From a virus (taxonomy: Duplodnaviria > Caudoviricetes): 37,562 nt of DNA. Positions 29,401 to 36,810 of this stretch are shown here, piece after piece; position 1 is the first letter of the stretch, and each line of letters begins with the position of its first letter. The position numbers were made by a program, and so were the translations under genes. The notes under the pieces are model-generated. The model was not told the origin of the DNA. It saw only the letters and a list, made by a program, of their open reading frames with translations, and made no database searches. Where the stretch lies: positions 1 to 37,562 of IMG/VR virus record IMGVR_UViG_3300005934_000011, one strand, 5' to 3'.

Positions 29401-29761
29401 ACTTATCTAAATCAATAGGTATATTAATAGTTTTCTTTTCAGTATCAAATAATCTTCTATGGTCGTTTGTTAATGCACCTTTATTGAATAGAGAGTTTAA
29501 TAAATCTTCATAAAAAACTTTTTGTTCATCACTTGAATATACAGGCTCAAGCCCGTAATTTTCACGTGTGAATGCATGAGGTGGGTAAGACAAATAAATG
29601 TCTTGTTCTGAATTTATGCCTTTTTCTTTTCTACCAACATACGCTCTAACTTTCTCCATGTCTCCTTTTGAAAAGACACGTTCTAACGTAGTTTCAAAAA
29701 TAGTTTCTAGTTCACTATTTTTTAAATGTCCTGGTAAAAAATCATAAATCTTATTGGCCAT
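20432..29761 (-). CDS. Giant virion structural protein (baseplate wedge-type, 3109 aa)
   Basis: Follows the gp25-like and gp6-like genes. N-terminal IYDFLP and C-terminal YITEAKPYHTKIRE resemble wedge proteins. Contains Ig-like DYT(I/V) modules, CBM-like modules and five 'IN' repeats. Confidence 0.75.
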   Translation of the reverse strand: MANKIYDFLPGHLKNSELETIFETTLERVFSKGDMEKVRAYVGRKEKGINSEQDIYLSYPPHAFTRENYGLEPVYSSDEQKVFYEDLLNSLFNKGALTNDHRRLFDTEKKTINIPIDLDKFVNWSMYYWVKPGFVTDNSLTQSNFKHYVTVGRPGSSWFSVVNSWYHYDDIRDKITDDNYTLIEQAKRPIIEFDNKIELADSMSSISSWEFPKFKMYDQSGTYITDAKIFSYTVGDSELYQTDQELGFIPVVKSGDYTSEYCFETDVPDDSQFHYVEHIKNSNTPLSSINLVNNMSNFQGPAAVFIDNGTGLYQLTKNTNYTITGNALTIIPDSNGLVLQDGYIINSDDNVTLDVPTGQTLDIKVVLAPNNTTTHNDMYIKSDFDYRNYRKEFGRNATRVLTLSQTPKNSNAVDVYIDGIKQINNYTVSGNDITFNVNSDPVGFVHVDICTNGPVTTDGDTGFQRLHHSLEYNVDNKTYLNTQIPYSTWYEHFLRIIETTPGLSGEPNGVNNYRELGDNTLKTRHNDQGSVMVINSVDVSDAYFSLSRDDYDPIKSFEFLSTAYQGYKNKFITTVRDILSDPGGDSKTSLEILEEAIANIGLSKRQSISIFDNLLKINYGEIFSNYSTASLDIVLGTKEQFIPTDLGQILNDKELTVIKNDVVLKLGVDYTISTSGEQINFTDDLVSTDAISLRKYDSVDEAYIPPSSTFLKINPAFIPGVVLDGSYTNAVEFIQGHDGSITPKFGDRTDDILLMFETLIWNSLDDNITRTNVDRFNYGPYSRSSADWELYEKNYTMYPFFKKWMIRNNIDNLYNTDYDPNDWKTWNYRTIDADSPGHWRGIYQFAYNTDNPLFEPWKVVGLSQEPADFKLKYGTNSNTHHFWNTLFTDYNITNTPIPVDSNGDLKKVNELFFNNSITSSDVVLMKEDWEFGDGSPTEMAWRRSSEYPFIEFILMMLTKPFKVFHEYKDQVTEGIKIHNKKEGANTTNILQKKQNYDFKLGSKLGGFVNNFRLLAENTSLNNSRYTDVPKDNFDLVIHAGEPNRSEFFSAIIIEKVSLDDSFPVYLRADTSWYQPGDIVLNSADGKYYRRKQAGQTQAEQTGNITFDYSAWTMISQPKTRKYGYRIQGYDDINPTFFAMEWDKVSGEKAFSTKGDRENLNEWQQGAFYRKDSYMKYEGQPYVCLREHTSTTLLDDNIEDWKKLVEWPKTNKVTANGYKEFKSDQIKNFNYGQILENIDDVAHLMLGYQKYLEFIGWGFTDIDEQGQTVDFEQLLYKFLEWSSENHGPGEFITLSPMLVTGSFTAPYGVASVRRETFKNFYRVVDASGRLVPDNQITFTTDGKTINFRANVPVYGMKIDIQDVEHAFVVDRVDSFGDVIYDPFLHDRNLRMQIDCNKSRNWDGTLTVDGYLPYGDELIPNFETLTSDSKYFRDTLVDQNLEIVNKLKASQIGYTKKDYLRNHGIERESQLEFYKGFLSHKGTNSAVNRIVNNNGNFKDIGHEHIWAFKLAEYGKLNNGYKETQSVNTIDMISDPHRVQFDNMENTFELRENTKGYPLKTTGYVDGKDVVYTVNTEYDLENIDAVELNEGDTAWVQFDPVRQWDVRRLSEVAEIGYVGETSDNQLYVGLTNQIDTTDSVYLKIKNSDIDPEVADYYFLVDNGTRDVDGVTVYEYLVFERNYEPLIVEIDNSSSNSLFVPTGTNSGVEAIGSVSYPVFNSGDELVIDGVSHVYTPGSGGGTGGLVIGGTTATVDPVIGEGEQARIIVYDSNGFIANTNTLITFDGTSASGTLGVSSVNGDVFNINGEAITVQFSSTQNIEAITSSTETDAIPTGGTLVFNSTGEAQATVTIQDIQHVGSTSNPELTSTKSLSVNGNLITFTVAAPVTGSNSVENFTGESTPVSSVTLTSNMTNFLPGTITVDNGDGATTLTTSDYSYDTNTKVITFNSAIQDGVDANGLADISVQLVAQPVVTPMTTTEIVNTINSSAAPITASLNGSNQLVIDTSESYLNLSGSILVDLGLLTSGSSLIESKLNLLAQDINAVSYLTAFVNANSQLEIETTNDDLTIGGTARASMGLLTTYDATTDPTAASIVAQINARGITGITASKIGSNIKIVSNANNLDITETTSGALSRLGFATNPVDVDSATTIRDNINEALSTLSGTSATLNANRQIVITSDQASIVLENVSGNPWNDIGISVGTYNSSSSTQLVSANDFKDQINQASSDVLVSITSDGRMVFTNSNVSMSFSGTSQTVLDKIGLFREYTAVTSNNNFKAMRWKSVRYSQFYLFDTFDSFYNDLGLNAEALIWADDYLGNGWSVLYRDITGTLTVRNRQANTVEVDYLRRVIVKDGEKFYNYQLFDPLNLKLPGDIIKNLDYITWEDPAGYDKDTSKELWLDQYIGQTWWDTSLARYYRYNDYGDANGRIVESFATKYWGKLVPGSEINVKKWTKSETLPEGIETYTTKVYFDTDKNRSVTEYFYWSEEGSEPEFGKTLSIEETKMLLESGNIKNKFIPIDVDKIIISNNAYVFNNSSVDVSVEYNTQPDTDKKHTDWKLLQQYTTQRPDDEIIKPLIDSLAGVQYTDYVSLAVEQSMLGDPDTTKINVGFLDSPTYGDATLNDTVVTVNNHIVDAQYITFFTDGNPANAQVRISKQFNIIVGDIVRVYRMTDYQNNWFKDLQSARENFASSVNAHFSKRHLVAKYPEYKEFIQGDNLILSLEDWYLTDEYKTIERFSYLSKTRTFDMLKLYNDQGVKSFKLQLPTHDEYYFEHEGTLRLVNSSKSALNVSFNDIVFPDNSTLSKKYYENAIGVQVHELFHLMLDYTEDKEINRIFFDMINYMYTEKTHPDWVFKTSYIDVNLFNRNLRKYAIYQRDSYDDVIEYITEAKPYHTKIREVIRYYSKEEIADARVSIVENMHLTLDFGNNLRYADIVKDGGSWAESEHPELEDGTYEQGRLLRTRYTLSDGKSDNSFDTGLVNADFRESSIVFVDQFTDSTKVTHDKTFLYVYDMYGRGWKIDITGETTVASMTNDTIVVNSATPFSVASDENRKLIAIRNETTGDIEFMTYSNKDTVNLTISERGLYTGMGTVPGTTTKVYALGTPLEIVLHEMV
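22982..23848 (-). repeat. Five degenerate ~55-aa protein repeats (flagellin hook 'IN'-like) inside the 3109-aa protein
   Basis: IVNTINS..ITASL..NQLVI..LGL / LAQDINA..LTAFV..SQLEI..MGL / IVAQINA..ITASK..NIKIV..LGF / IRDNINE..SATLN..RQIVI..IGI / FKDQINQ..LVSIT..GRMVF..IGL. Confidence 0.7.
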
Positions 29762-32700
29762 AGTCTGTCACATCCTCGCCTTGTAATTCTGTTTGTGAGA
29801 TTGCTGAAATTATTTTTACATCGGCTGATGTTGTAACACTTAAGAAAATCTCATTTGGTTCACTAGTAATACTTAGCAAGTCTGTAAAACCACTTGTTGA
29901 GAATTTAGGTGTTATAACAACACTAGCAATATAGTTGCCAAGTTGCTGATGTAAGTAAGATGCTAATTCTGAGAAGTAGAATGTATCACCAAAGTCCCAA
30001 TTATTTAAATCAAAATATTCATTAACTTTTGCCGACACCGCAGTTTTAACTTCACTATCAGTATAAGCAGTACCTGACTTTTTAACAACTTTAAACATTG
30101 CTTGATTTTCAGGTTGTGCAAAAGAACCAAACAAGTATTTAAACTTAACTGGTATGTAACTAATATGGTCTGCGATTGCGGCCTTTGGTTCAATAGAACT
30201 CATCAATGATTTTAATTCATAGTTGTTAGGAGCAGTAGGTATAGTTGCTTTAAAACCTTCTGCAATCCATTTGTTTACTTTTCTTACATAGTCACTTGTA
30301 AGAACATAAACGTCAACAATGTTACTTGTACTAGGATCAATTCTTTTATCTAAGTCTGCATAATGATCCCATCTGAAACTCATAAATCTATCTTCTGTGA
30401 AACTTCTTCCTTGTACAACTTTAAACTTTGTAGGACCAAAGTATATACATGTAGGATCACTTGGGTCTGGTTGACTAAACACAAACTGACTTGTCCAAAC
30501 GCCATCAATATAGTAGAACCATTTTTGTCCGTTTGTTGGGTCTGTGTCTGTGTTATACCAAAGTTTGAATTCAGGTCTTGTATTTTCTGGCATAGGATTT
30601 ACACCACCAATATTTGGACCTGCTGTTGCAATTTTAGAAACTCTTTCAAATCTTTGTGAACCAGTATAATAATCTTCTACAACGATTTTAGAATCAGTAT
30701 TTGCTGTTTTAAATATATCTAATACACCATATGGATTACCTGTGGTATCCATAGTCAATAGTTTAACTCTTGATTCATTAATATATCCTGTGCTATTAAC
30801 ATAATCATCATATACATAAGCACTTTTCGTTTCATATGTACTTGTTTGTTTTTCTACTGAACTAATAAGATTTACTGTAGCAACAACTTTAACTGCAAAT
30901 GTACCAATACTTGTAGTTTGTGAACCGTCGCCTTTTAATACATCAATTAAACTGCCTTCTCCGGGATCTGATGTCCAGAAAATTACTTTATAGTTTGTTA
31001 CACCTGAACCTGCTGTACTTGTAAGTTCTGTATGGTCTTTATCTAATATAACACCATTTGCATCTCTTAAAACTAATGTACTTTGTGTTAGTGTTTCTGA
31101 TGAACTAAATGATAATTCTGCATAAGCAGTTTGTTTAAATCTAACATCGTTGTCTACATTATCTGCACTTTCAATAGCACCCCATGTTTGAATTGGATAT
31201 GTAAATTTCCAGTTTTGTAATGCTGTATCATATTGTGTAATGAAACTTGTTTGAACACCTGTCATACCCACTGTAGCAGTTGTATATGTCTCGCCTGTTG
31301 GTAACTCATCTCCATCGATCCAGAAAAAGTTTCCTGTAGTTGGTGCTGAGTTAAAATATGTTGTTGATGGTTTACCTTTAAACCCATATGTATTTGACAA
31401 ATTGTTAGATGAAACTGTAGAATACGATGGTTCAGATGAAGCAACGTTTGCCGCACCTGTATTTGTAACAACAACCATTTGGTCTGGTGAAATATTTATT
31501 TCTGTAGAGTCATCAACTGTTTCATTTAAAGCAATATCATCTAGTGTAGAAATATATTTCGAAAGGTCTGCAATTTCAAAACTTAATCTATACTCTGGTG
31601 TCGCTCCGATAATATCATCTGGACTAGAAGGTGCAACAATTTCAGTTGAATCTAATTCATATTCTATACCATCAGGTGAAACAAGATAATGTTTATACTC
31701 AGGACTACCTATCTGACTTGGGTTATTTTCTACAAACTCAAGTGTTTTGTCTGCACCAGTATATTTAAATACGGCATCAAATGTCGCTCCACCGGAACCA
31801 TTATCTGCATAATTTTCTAAATCACATGCATAGCCTATTGTAATATCATCTGATCCTACTGTATTAGCAGTAGCAGGAGTAACATCACCTGGATTGTAAT
31901 AGTTGATTAGAACTTTATCACGTTCTGCTAAATTAGTTTCGTTATCAACTACAATATCTTTATTGCCGTAATAAAACTTAACTTGGTCACGACTTTCAAA
32001 TACTACTTTTTTACCTTTTATGTAAGCCGTATATTCTGCTTCATTTGTTCTTACACCTGGTTCATATTTGTAGAACACAATAATCTTACCAGTAATATCT
32101 GTTTGACCGTCCCAAATTTTCCACTCCCATTTCGTAGTTTGACCTGAAATCAAATCATAATATAAAGTGAAAGACTGAATTTGAGCATCATCAATCTTTT
32201 GAGTTTTTATTGTTTGAATTTCTGCATCAGTAAATTTCATTCTGATGCCTCTAGTTATTTTCGTAATTGTACCAGTCTCTGTAATAACTTTATCTAATAT
32301 AAGTTCTGCAGGATCCGATGAATTAACTTTAATAACTTTTGCATGATATATTGTATCTGATTCGCCTTTGATTGATACAAAATCTCCAACTTCAACATTT
32401 ATAGGATTAGTTGTTTCTATTTGAAGATTGTTCAATGGGCTTTTTGTATACGCACCATCTGTTGAGGCTACCGCTATATTAACACTTGGATCATCTTTGT
32501 ACTGATAAAAATATTGATTTATAACTGCAGGATGTCTTATACCTTTTGAGATTTCATTTCTAATAAAGTCAACTGATTTGCCATGGTCTCTATTAAAACT
32601 TAAAGAAAGTTTTAGTGCATCTGACCAATCAGGATATACAGGTGTAGCCGCTGTCACTTGTGAATAATCTGGCTGAATACCGCCTTCGTTTTCTACGAAC

Positions 32701-34160
32701 ACAGAACCATCTGTTCCTGTAATACTTAAATCTGAGTGATGTCCTGTTACATCGTCCATTTCAAAATAACGAGAGTTACCTGCAAATGTTGTGTTTACTG
32801 CTTTTACTTTTCTTACAACATTGTTTCCTAAAGTTAAAGGATAGATATTATAATCTTGAGCATTGACCATTCTGTCTTGTGAATAGTATGCCTTTTGTGC
32901 GATTCTTCTTACACTTGTGAATGTTTCTGCCGCAAAGTTTTCAGCAAAGTCACGTGTGCTTTCTAGTGCTAAAGTAATTCTATAACTTTTATCATCTGCA
33001 CCTATATACGGAACAGAAATTTCTACATTTTTTATATCACCTGCATTTACAGAATAGTTTTCGTTATCACATGTTCTATACCAAACACGATAGTCACCGA
33101 ACGCCGCATTTCCAAATACGCCATCAGGATATCTTAACTCTACTGAGTTATCAATGTTTGTGTGAACACTAACTAAATCACCATTGCCTGTTCTTAGTGA
33201 ATTATAAATTGCAGTTTCACGTGTATCGTTATCAACTTTAGTAACACTTGATTGGTAAGCACCAGTTGATGTATCAAAAATTTGAACCCAAACATCTGAG
33301 TTTGAAATATCAGAGTCATCAATTACTTCAACTCTATTAGAAAGTTGTGACTGATATCTGAATAGTTCACTTTTAAGTTGACCTGCTTTTGCTGTAACAA
33401 AGAAACCTGTTCTATCTGATGCGGGTCCTAAGTTGTCATTTCTGTTTAAGATTGTAAAGTTACTAGTAGCAATAGGTTCGCCTTCAACGATTTTATCATC
33501 TTCGATAACTGTTCTTACTGCTTCAAATCTTCTATTTGCTCCTGCAACATTTGTTGAAAACGCATATGCAAGAGATTTAGAAATTGGATTTTCGTTTACT
33601 TCGTAAAGATAATTTTCTACATTACCTACAGTCAACGATGCACTTGGATCTTGAATTTTTGTATTTTTATTAAAAGATGAATTTAACACTGTGATGAATT
33701 TTTCATACCAATCAACATCATTAGAGTCATTCCAATTAACAACGACACCAGCGAGAGAATTACCTTCGTTGTCTGAAACATCTTCTGTAGTTGATACACT
33801 TGTAATTTTCATCATACCACGTGCATTGATAGGTCTTGTTTTGATGTAACCCAATGTTTGTGCCATTCGCAAGATACTTAAACGGCGTTCCGCTGTATCT
33901 AGGAAGTTTTCACGTGTGTTCATGTCATTTCTAAATGCTAGAGAATGACCTAGGTATGCAACAAGGTCTAGAATTGCAATAAATTCAGAACTTGCTATAA
34001 AATCATTAAATTTATCCGGATATGTTCTGCTTATATACGCAAGTAAACTTTCACGTATACTATCAAAATCATAAGCCTTCAAGGAGACATTGGTAAATGC
34101 CGTATAGACACTGGTCCAACTCTCACTTGCGAATAAGTTATCTATTCTTTCTTGACTCAT
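29751..34160 (-). CDS. Baseplate wedge subunit (T4 gp6-like), enlarged to 1469 aa
   Basis: YDFDSIRESL..Y....P..FNDF..SS.F..ILDL.AY....LAF..DM..RENFLDTA..R.SI...A..LGY N-terminus, RMVNAQDY, and C-terminal YF..NNWDFGDTFYFSEL. Confidence 0.85.
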   Translation of the reverse strand: MSQERIDNLFASESWTSVYTAFTNVSLKAYDFDSIRESLLAYISRTYPDKFNDFIASSEFIAILDLVAYLGHSLAFRNDMNTRENFLDTAERRLSILRMAQTLGYIKTRPINARGMMKITSVSTTEDVSDNEGNSLAGVVVNWNDSNDVDWYEKFITVLNSSFNKNTKIQDPSASLTVGNVENYLYEVNENPISKSLAYAFSTNVAGANRRFEAVRTVIEDDKIVEGEPIATSNFTILNRNDNLGPASDRTGFFVTAKAGQLKSELFRYQSQLSNRVEVIDDSDISNSDVWVQIFDTSTGAYQSSVTKVDNDTRETAIYNSLRTGNGDLVSVHTNIDNSVELRYPDGVFGNAAFGDYRVWYRTCDNENYSVNAGDIKNVEISVPYIGADDKSYRITLALESTRDFAENFAAETFTSVRRIAQKAYYSQDRMVNAQDYNIYPLTLGNNVVRKVKAVNTTFAGNSRYFEMDDVTGHHSDLSITGTDGSVFVENEGGIQPDYSQVTAATPVYPDWSDALKLSLSFNRDHGKSVDFIRNEISKGIRHPAVINQYFYQYKDDPSVNIAVASTDGAYTKSPLNNLQIETTNPINVEVGDFVSIKGESDTIYHAKVIKVNSSDPAELILDKVITETGTITKITRGIRMKFTDAEIQTIKTQKIDDAQIQSFTLYYDLISGQTTKWEWKIWDGQTDITGKIIVFYKYEPGVRTNEAEYTAYIKGKKVVFESRDQVKFYYGNKDIVVDNETNLAERDKVLINYYNPGDVTPATANTVGSDDITIGYACDLENYADNGSGGATFDAVFKYTGADKTLEFVENNPSQIGSPEYKHYLVSPDGIEYELDSTEIVAPSSPDDIIGATPEYRLSFEIADLSKYISTLDDIALNETVDDSTEINISPDQMVVVTNTGAANVASSEPSYSTVSSNNLSNTYGFKGKPSTTYFNSAPTTGNFFWIDGDELPTGETYTTATVGMTGVQTSFITQYDTALQNWKFTYPIQTWGAIESADNVDNDVRFKQTAYAELSFSSSETLTQSTLVLRDANGVILDKDHTELTSTAGSGVTNYKVIFWTSDPGEGSLIDVLKGDGSQTTSIGTFAVKVVATVNLISSVEKQTSTYETKSAYVYDDYVNSTGYINESRVKLLTMDTTGNPYGVLDIFKTANTDSKIVVEDYYTGSQRFERVSKIATAGPNIGGVNPMPENTRPEFKLWYNTDTDPTNGQKWFYYIDGVWTSQFVFSQPDPSDPTCIYFGPTKFKVVQGRSFTEDRFMSFRWDHYADLDKRIDPSTSNIVDVYVLTSDYVRKVNKWIAEGFKATIPTAPNNYELKSLMSSIEPKAAIADHISYIPVKFKYLFGSFAQPENQAMFKVVKKSGTAYTDSEVKTAVSAKVNEYFDLNNWDFGDTFYFSELASYLHQQLGNYIASVVITPKFSTSGFTDLLSITSEPNEIFLSVTTSADVKIISAISQTELQGEDVTDYGQ

Positions 34161-34161
34161 T

Positions 34162-34518
34162 TTATTCTCTCTGTAGGTCTATTGTTAATGTAATCGGTTC
34201 TTTCTCTGGTAATAAATCAACCGATATTGATGCTGTTACTGTGTGGTCTGACTCACTTAAGTTAATACTTGTTAAGTTGACCCTTGGATCATCATTGATA
34301 ATCTGTGTTAAATCGTCTTCAATGAGTTTTCTAATGTCTGATGTTAGTGGTTCAAATACTAAATCGTGAACGATTGACCCATAAGTAGGCATCATTATTC
34401 TTTCGCCTTTGCGAGTCATTATATTGTTCAACAAGTCTTCAACCACTAACTCTTTGCCAGTTAATGTGTGATTAATTGCTTGTTTGTTCTTAGTACTAAA
34501 ACCTATAAATCTTGCCAT
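34162..34518 (-). CDS. Baseplate wedge / sheath initiator, gp25 (GPW_gp25) family
   Basis: LLN.IMTRKGERIMMPTYGS...LVFEP and DPRV signature. Confidence 0.9.
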   Translation of the reverse strand: MARFIGFSTKNKQAINHTLTGKELVVEDLLNNIMTRKGERIMMPTYGSIVHDLVFEPLTSDIRKLIEDDLTQIINDDPRVNLTSINLSESDHTVTASISVDLLPEKEPITLTIDLQRE

Positions 34519-34543
34519 TATATACTCTCTTTACTATTAAGAG

Positions 34544-34551
34544 TATTTATC
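34544..34551 (-). promoter_or_regulatory. T4-like late promoter motif GATAAATA upstream of gp25
   Basis: Reverse complement of tatttatc, about 25 bp upstream of ATG 34518. Confidence 0.55.
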
Positions 34552-34577
34552 AACATATAAACTTCGAACTTTTTGTA

Positions 34578-34606
34578 TTGACATTTTGATTCATTTTATG
34601 TATAAT
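34578..34606 (+). promoter_or_regulatory. Consensus sigma70 promoter of clpP
   Basis: TTGACA (34578-83), 17 bp spacer, TATAAT (34601-06); AGGAG RBS at 34619-23; GATTC within the spacer. Confidence 0.85.
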
Positions 34607-34636
34607 AGTTGAAATTATAGGAGAATAAATAAAATT

Positions 34637-35233
34637 ATGCCTAATCTAGTACCTATGGTCATTGACCAAACTGCAAACGGAGAACGTAGTTTCGATATTT
34701 TTTCTCGTTTGCTTAAAGAACGAGTAATATTTCTTACAGGTGAAGTCAATGATTATCAATCTGACTTGATTTGTGCCCAACTTCTATTCTTAGAAGCAGA
34801 AAACCCAGAAAAAGATATTCATTTTTATATCAATTCACCAGGAGGACACGTAACTGCTGGTATGGCTATCTATGATACTATGCAATTTGTCAAACCAGAT
34901 GTTTCTACAATGGTTCTTGGACAAGCATGTTCTATGGGTTCTCTTTTAGCTACTGCTGGAGCAAAAGGTAAACGATATATGTTGCCTAATGCTAGACATA
35001 TGATTCATCAACCTAGTGGTGGAGCAGGCGGTCAAGCTACAGATATGGAAATTCAAGTACAAGAAATTCTAAAAACAAAATCACGATTAATTCAAATATA
35101 CGTGCAACACAATACAGCCGGAAAATCTTATAATGATTTCTATGGTGACATGGAACGAGATAATTTCATGAACCCAGATGAATCATTAAAGTACGGTCTT
35201 ATTGATAAAATAATCGACAAAAGACCAGAGTAA
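34637..35233 (+). CDS. clpP: ATP-dependent Clp protease proteolytic subunit
   Basis: LVPMVI...[29 protein letters not shown], and an intact triad: ACSMG (Ser), MIHQP (His), ERD (Asp). Confidence 0.97.
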   Translation: MPNLVPMVIDQTANGERSFDIFSRLLKERVIFLTGEVNDYQSDLICAQLLFLEAENPEKDIHFYINSPGGHVTAGMAIYDTMQFVKPDVSTMVLGQACSMGSLLATAGAKGKRYMLPNARHMIHQPSGGAGGQATDMEIQVQEILKTKSRLIQIYVQHNTAGKSYNDFYGDMERDNFMNPDESLKYGLIDKIIDKRPE

Positions 35234-35265
35234 CTATCCCACAAACAATGAGAAGGAATACATCG

Positions 35266-35844
35266 ATGTCTACAAAAGATATCATCCGCAATAACTGGAA
35301 TGCGGTAGAAGAACAAATACGAACTTTGTTTAACAAGTATCGTTCAGAATTTGAAAAAGACGGAATTGAATTCAGTACAAAACAACAAAGTGAATTAATG
35401 AGTGAAATTGCTCAAGCAAGTTTTCTTAAAGTCCTTAAAGAAAAGAAAGTCAACACAGAAGTCAAAGTAGGTGTAAATGTCGCTGATGTTTATATCAACG
35501 GAGAACCAGTTGAAATAAAAACATGCGGTGATGATAAATGGCAAGGTGGTAGCTTTTCAAAACGACCTGGATTATATCTCTTACTGAGTTGGAAGAGGTA
35601 TAATGACTCTGTAAAACTATTTTGTGCAATGCAAGATATGGTTGAATCTGACTGGCGTAGTCATATGTTGGATGGAAACAATAAAATGAAGAAAAATGCA
35701 ACCTATTATGCTACCTGGTACGGTAAAAAAGAACTAGTTCTAGGTAATAGATATGAACTATTGACAGGAAGCATTGATATTGTTGATAAAAAGAAAGACG
35801 GATCCCCAAGAAAAGTAATAAACATTCACCTCAAACGGGTGTAA
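35266..35844 (+). CDS. Putative PD-(D/E)XK-fold nuclease
   Basis: SE.A helix followed by ADVYINGEPVEIKT (D...E-x-K). Start placed at MSTKD after an AAGGA RBS (track start 35248). Confidence 0.5.
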   Translation: MSTKDIIRNNWNAVEEQIRTLFNKYRSEFEKDGIEFSTKQQSELMSEIAQASFLKVLKEKKVNTEVKVGVNVADVYINGEPVEIKTCGDDKWQGGSFSKRPGLYLLLSWKRYNDSVKLFCAMQDMVESDWRSHMLDGNNKMKKNATYYATWYGKKELVLGNRYELLTGSIDIVDKKKDGSPRKVINIHLKRV

Positions 35845-35879
35845 AAACTTGACAGAATCAAGAATCATGCTATTATATA
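35843..35879 (+). promoter_or_regulatory. Early promoter cassette, copy 1 of a 37-bp repeat
   Basis: AAAAACTTGACAGAATCAAGAATCATGCTATTATATA: TTGACA, 16 bp, TATTAT with an extended -10 TG; internal CTTGA-N5-TCAAG inverted repeat. Confidence 0.8.
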
Positions 35880-35903
35880 GTCATAATGAAAGAGAGGTTA
35901 GTT

Positions 35904-36251
35904 ATGACTACATACGCACAAGTTCACGCAGAAGCCACTACACAAGCAACGGCGGCTGTTGATAAATTTTTCAATGATGTTTTAAAAGGTGAAGACCAAT
36001 TTGCATGTGGTTTTGCATGGGTTACTGTTTATCCTGAAAACAAGGGTAACACTAAACTAGGTAAAGCTGAAAGGGCAGGTCTAGAATCTATTGGATTTAG
36101 TAAAGACTGGACAGGTAAAGCCTGGCAGTTGTGGAATCCTGGTAAGTATGCAGGTCAAAACATTGACGCAAAAGAAGAAGGTGCAGAGGCTTATGCGAAA
36201 GTAATGAAATCTTACGGTTTCAAAGCATATGCTGGTTCAAGGTTAGACTAA
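35904..36251 (+). CDS. Hypothetical phage protein (CGFAWV motif)
   Basis: GAGAGG RBS before MTTYAQ (track start 35886); lies behind promoter copy 1. Confidence 0.75.
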   Translation: MTTYAQVHAEATTQATAAVDKFFNDVLKGEDQFACGFAWVTVYPENKGNTKLGKAERAGLESIGFSKDWTGKAWQLWNPGKYAGQNIDAKEEGAEAYAKVMKSYGFKAYAGSRLD

Positions 36252-36287
36252 AAAACTTGACAGATTCAAGAATCGTGCTATTATATA
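36251..36287 (+). promoter_or_regulatory. Early promoter cassette, copy 2 of a 37-bp repeat
   Basis: AAAAACTTGACAGATTCAAGAATCGTGCTATTATATA, 35/37 identical to 35843-35879. Confidence 0.8.
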
Positions 36288-36308
36288 AACATGATGAAGG
36301 AGAAAGCT

Positions 36309-36782
36309 ATGAGTAAATTTGTTATCGAAACTGCTATTCGTGAAAACTATGCCGCTCATAATGATGATTGGGATGGTGTTTCAGAGTACTGGAAAAACAA
36401 AGGTGGAAACACTTATATCGTAGAGGCAGAAACAGCCGAAGAGGCTAAAACTGTCATTCCTTTGGTTACAAATTCTAGCAATGCATTTGAAGAAAACTTT
36501 TTTGATTTCTTTGAGTGTGACGATGATTTTGAATCTGAGTTTCTTAAATCTCAAAAAGAGTATGACCCAGAAGGATGGGAAACTCTTTATGTTGACAAAA
36601 TTGTTCGTAAAGGCAAATCGTCTGACGATTGGTACATGAAACGTGGTTATATCGTTGGTGGTTGGCAGAAAGGTTCTGAGTATGAACATCTTATTGGTAA
36701 GTTTGTTGGTAATGTCGATAATCTTAGTACAGGAAAATGCGTCCTTAAAATTGAAGGCGATACCCGTACAAGTCTAGTATAA
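36309..36782 (+). CDS. Hypothetical phage protein
   Basis: AAGGAG RBS before MSKFV (track start 36291); acidic protein with ENYAAH..YWKNKGG. Confidence 0.75.
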   Translation: MSKFVIETAIRENYAAHNDDWDGVSEYWKNKGGNTYIVEAETAEEAKTVIPLVTNSSNAFEENFFDFFECDDDFESEFLKSQKEYDPEGWETLYVDKIVRKGKSSDDWYMKRGYIVGGWQKGSEYEHLIGKFVGNVDNLSTGKCVLKIEGDTRTSLV

Positions 36783-36810
36783 ATCAATTATAATCGAAAG
36801 AGAGGTCGTT

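Noticed and set aside
20432-34160. Inteins, introns or frameshifts explaining the very large structural genes
   Set aside because: No intein termini or LAGLIDADG/HNH motifs recognised; the ORFs are continuous and the extra length is Ser/Thr-rich beta modules.
35843-36287. CRISPR array or att sites from the 37-bp repeat
   Set aside because: Only two copies about 400 bp apart, separated by a whole gene; they read as promoters, and there is no cas or integrase gene.
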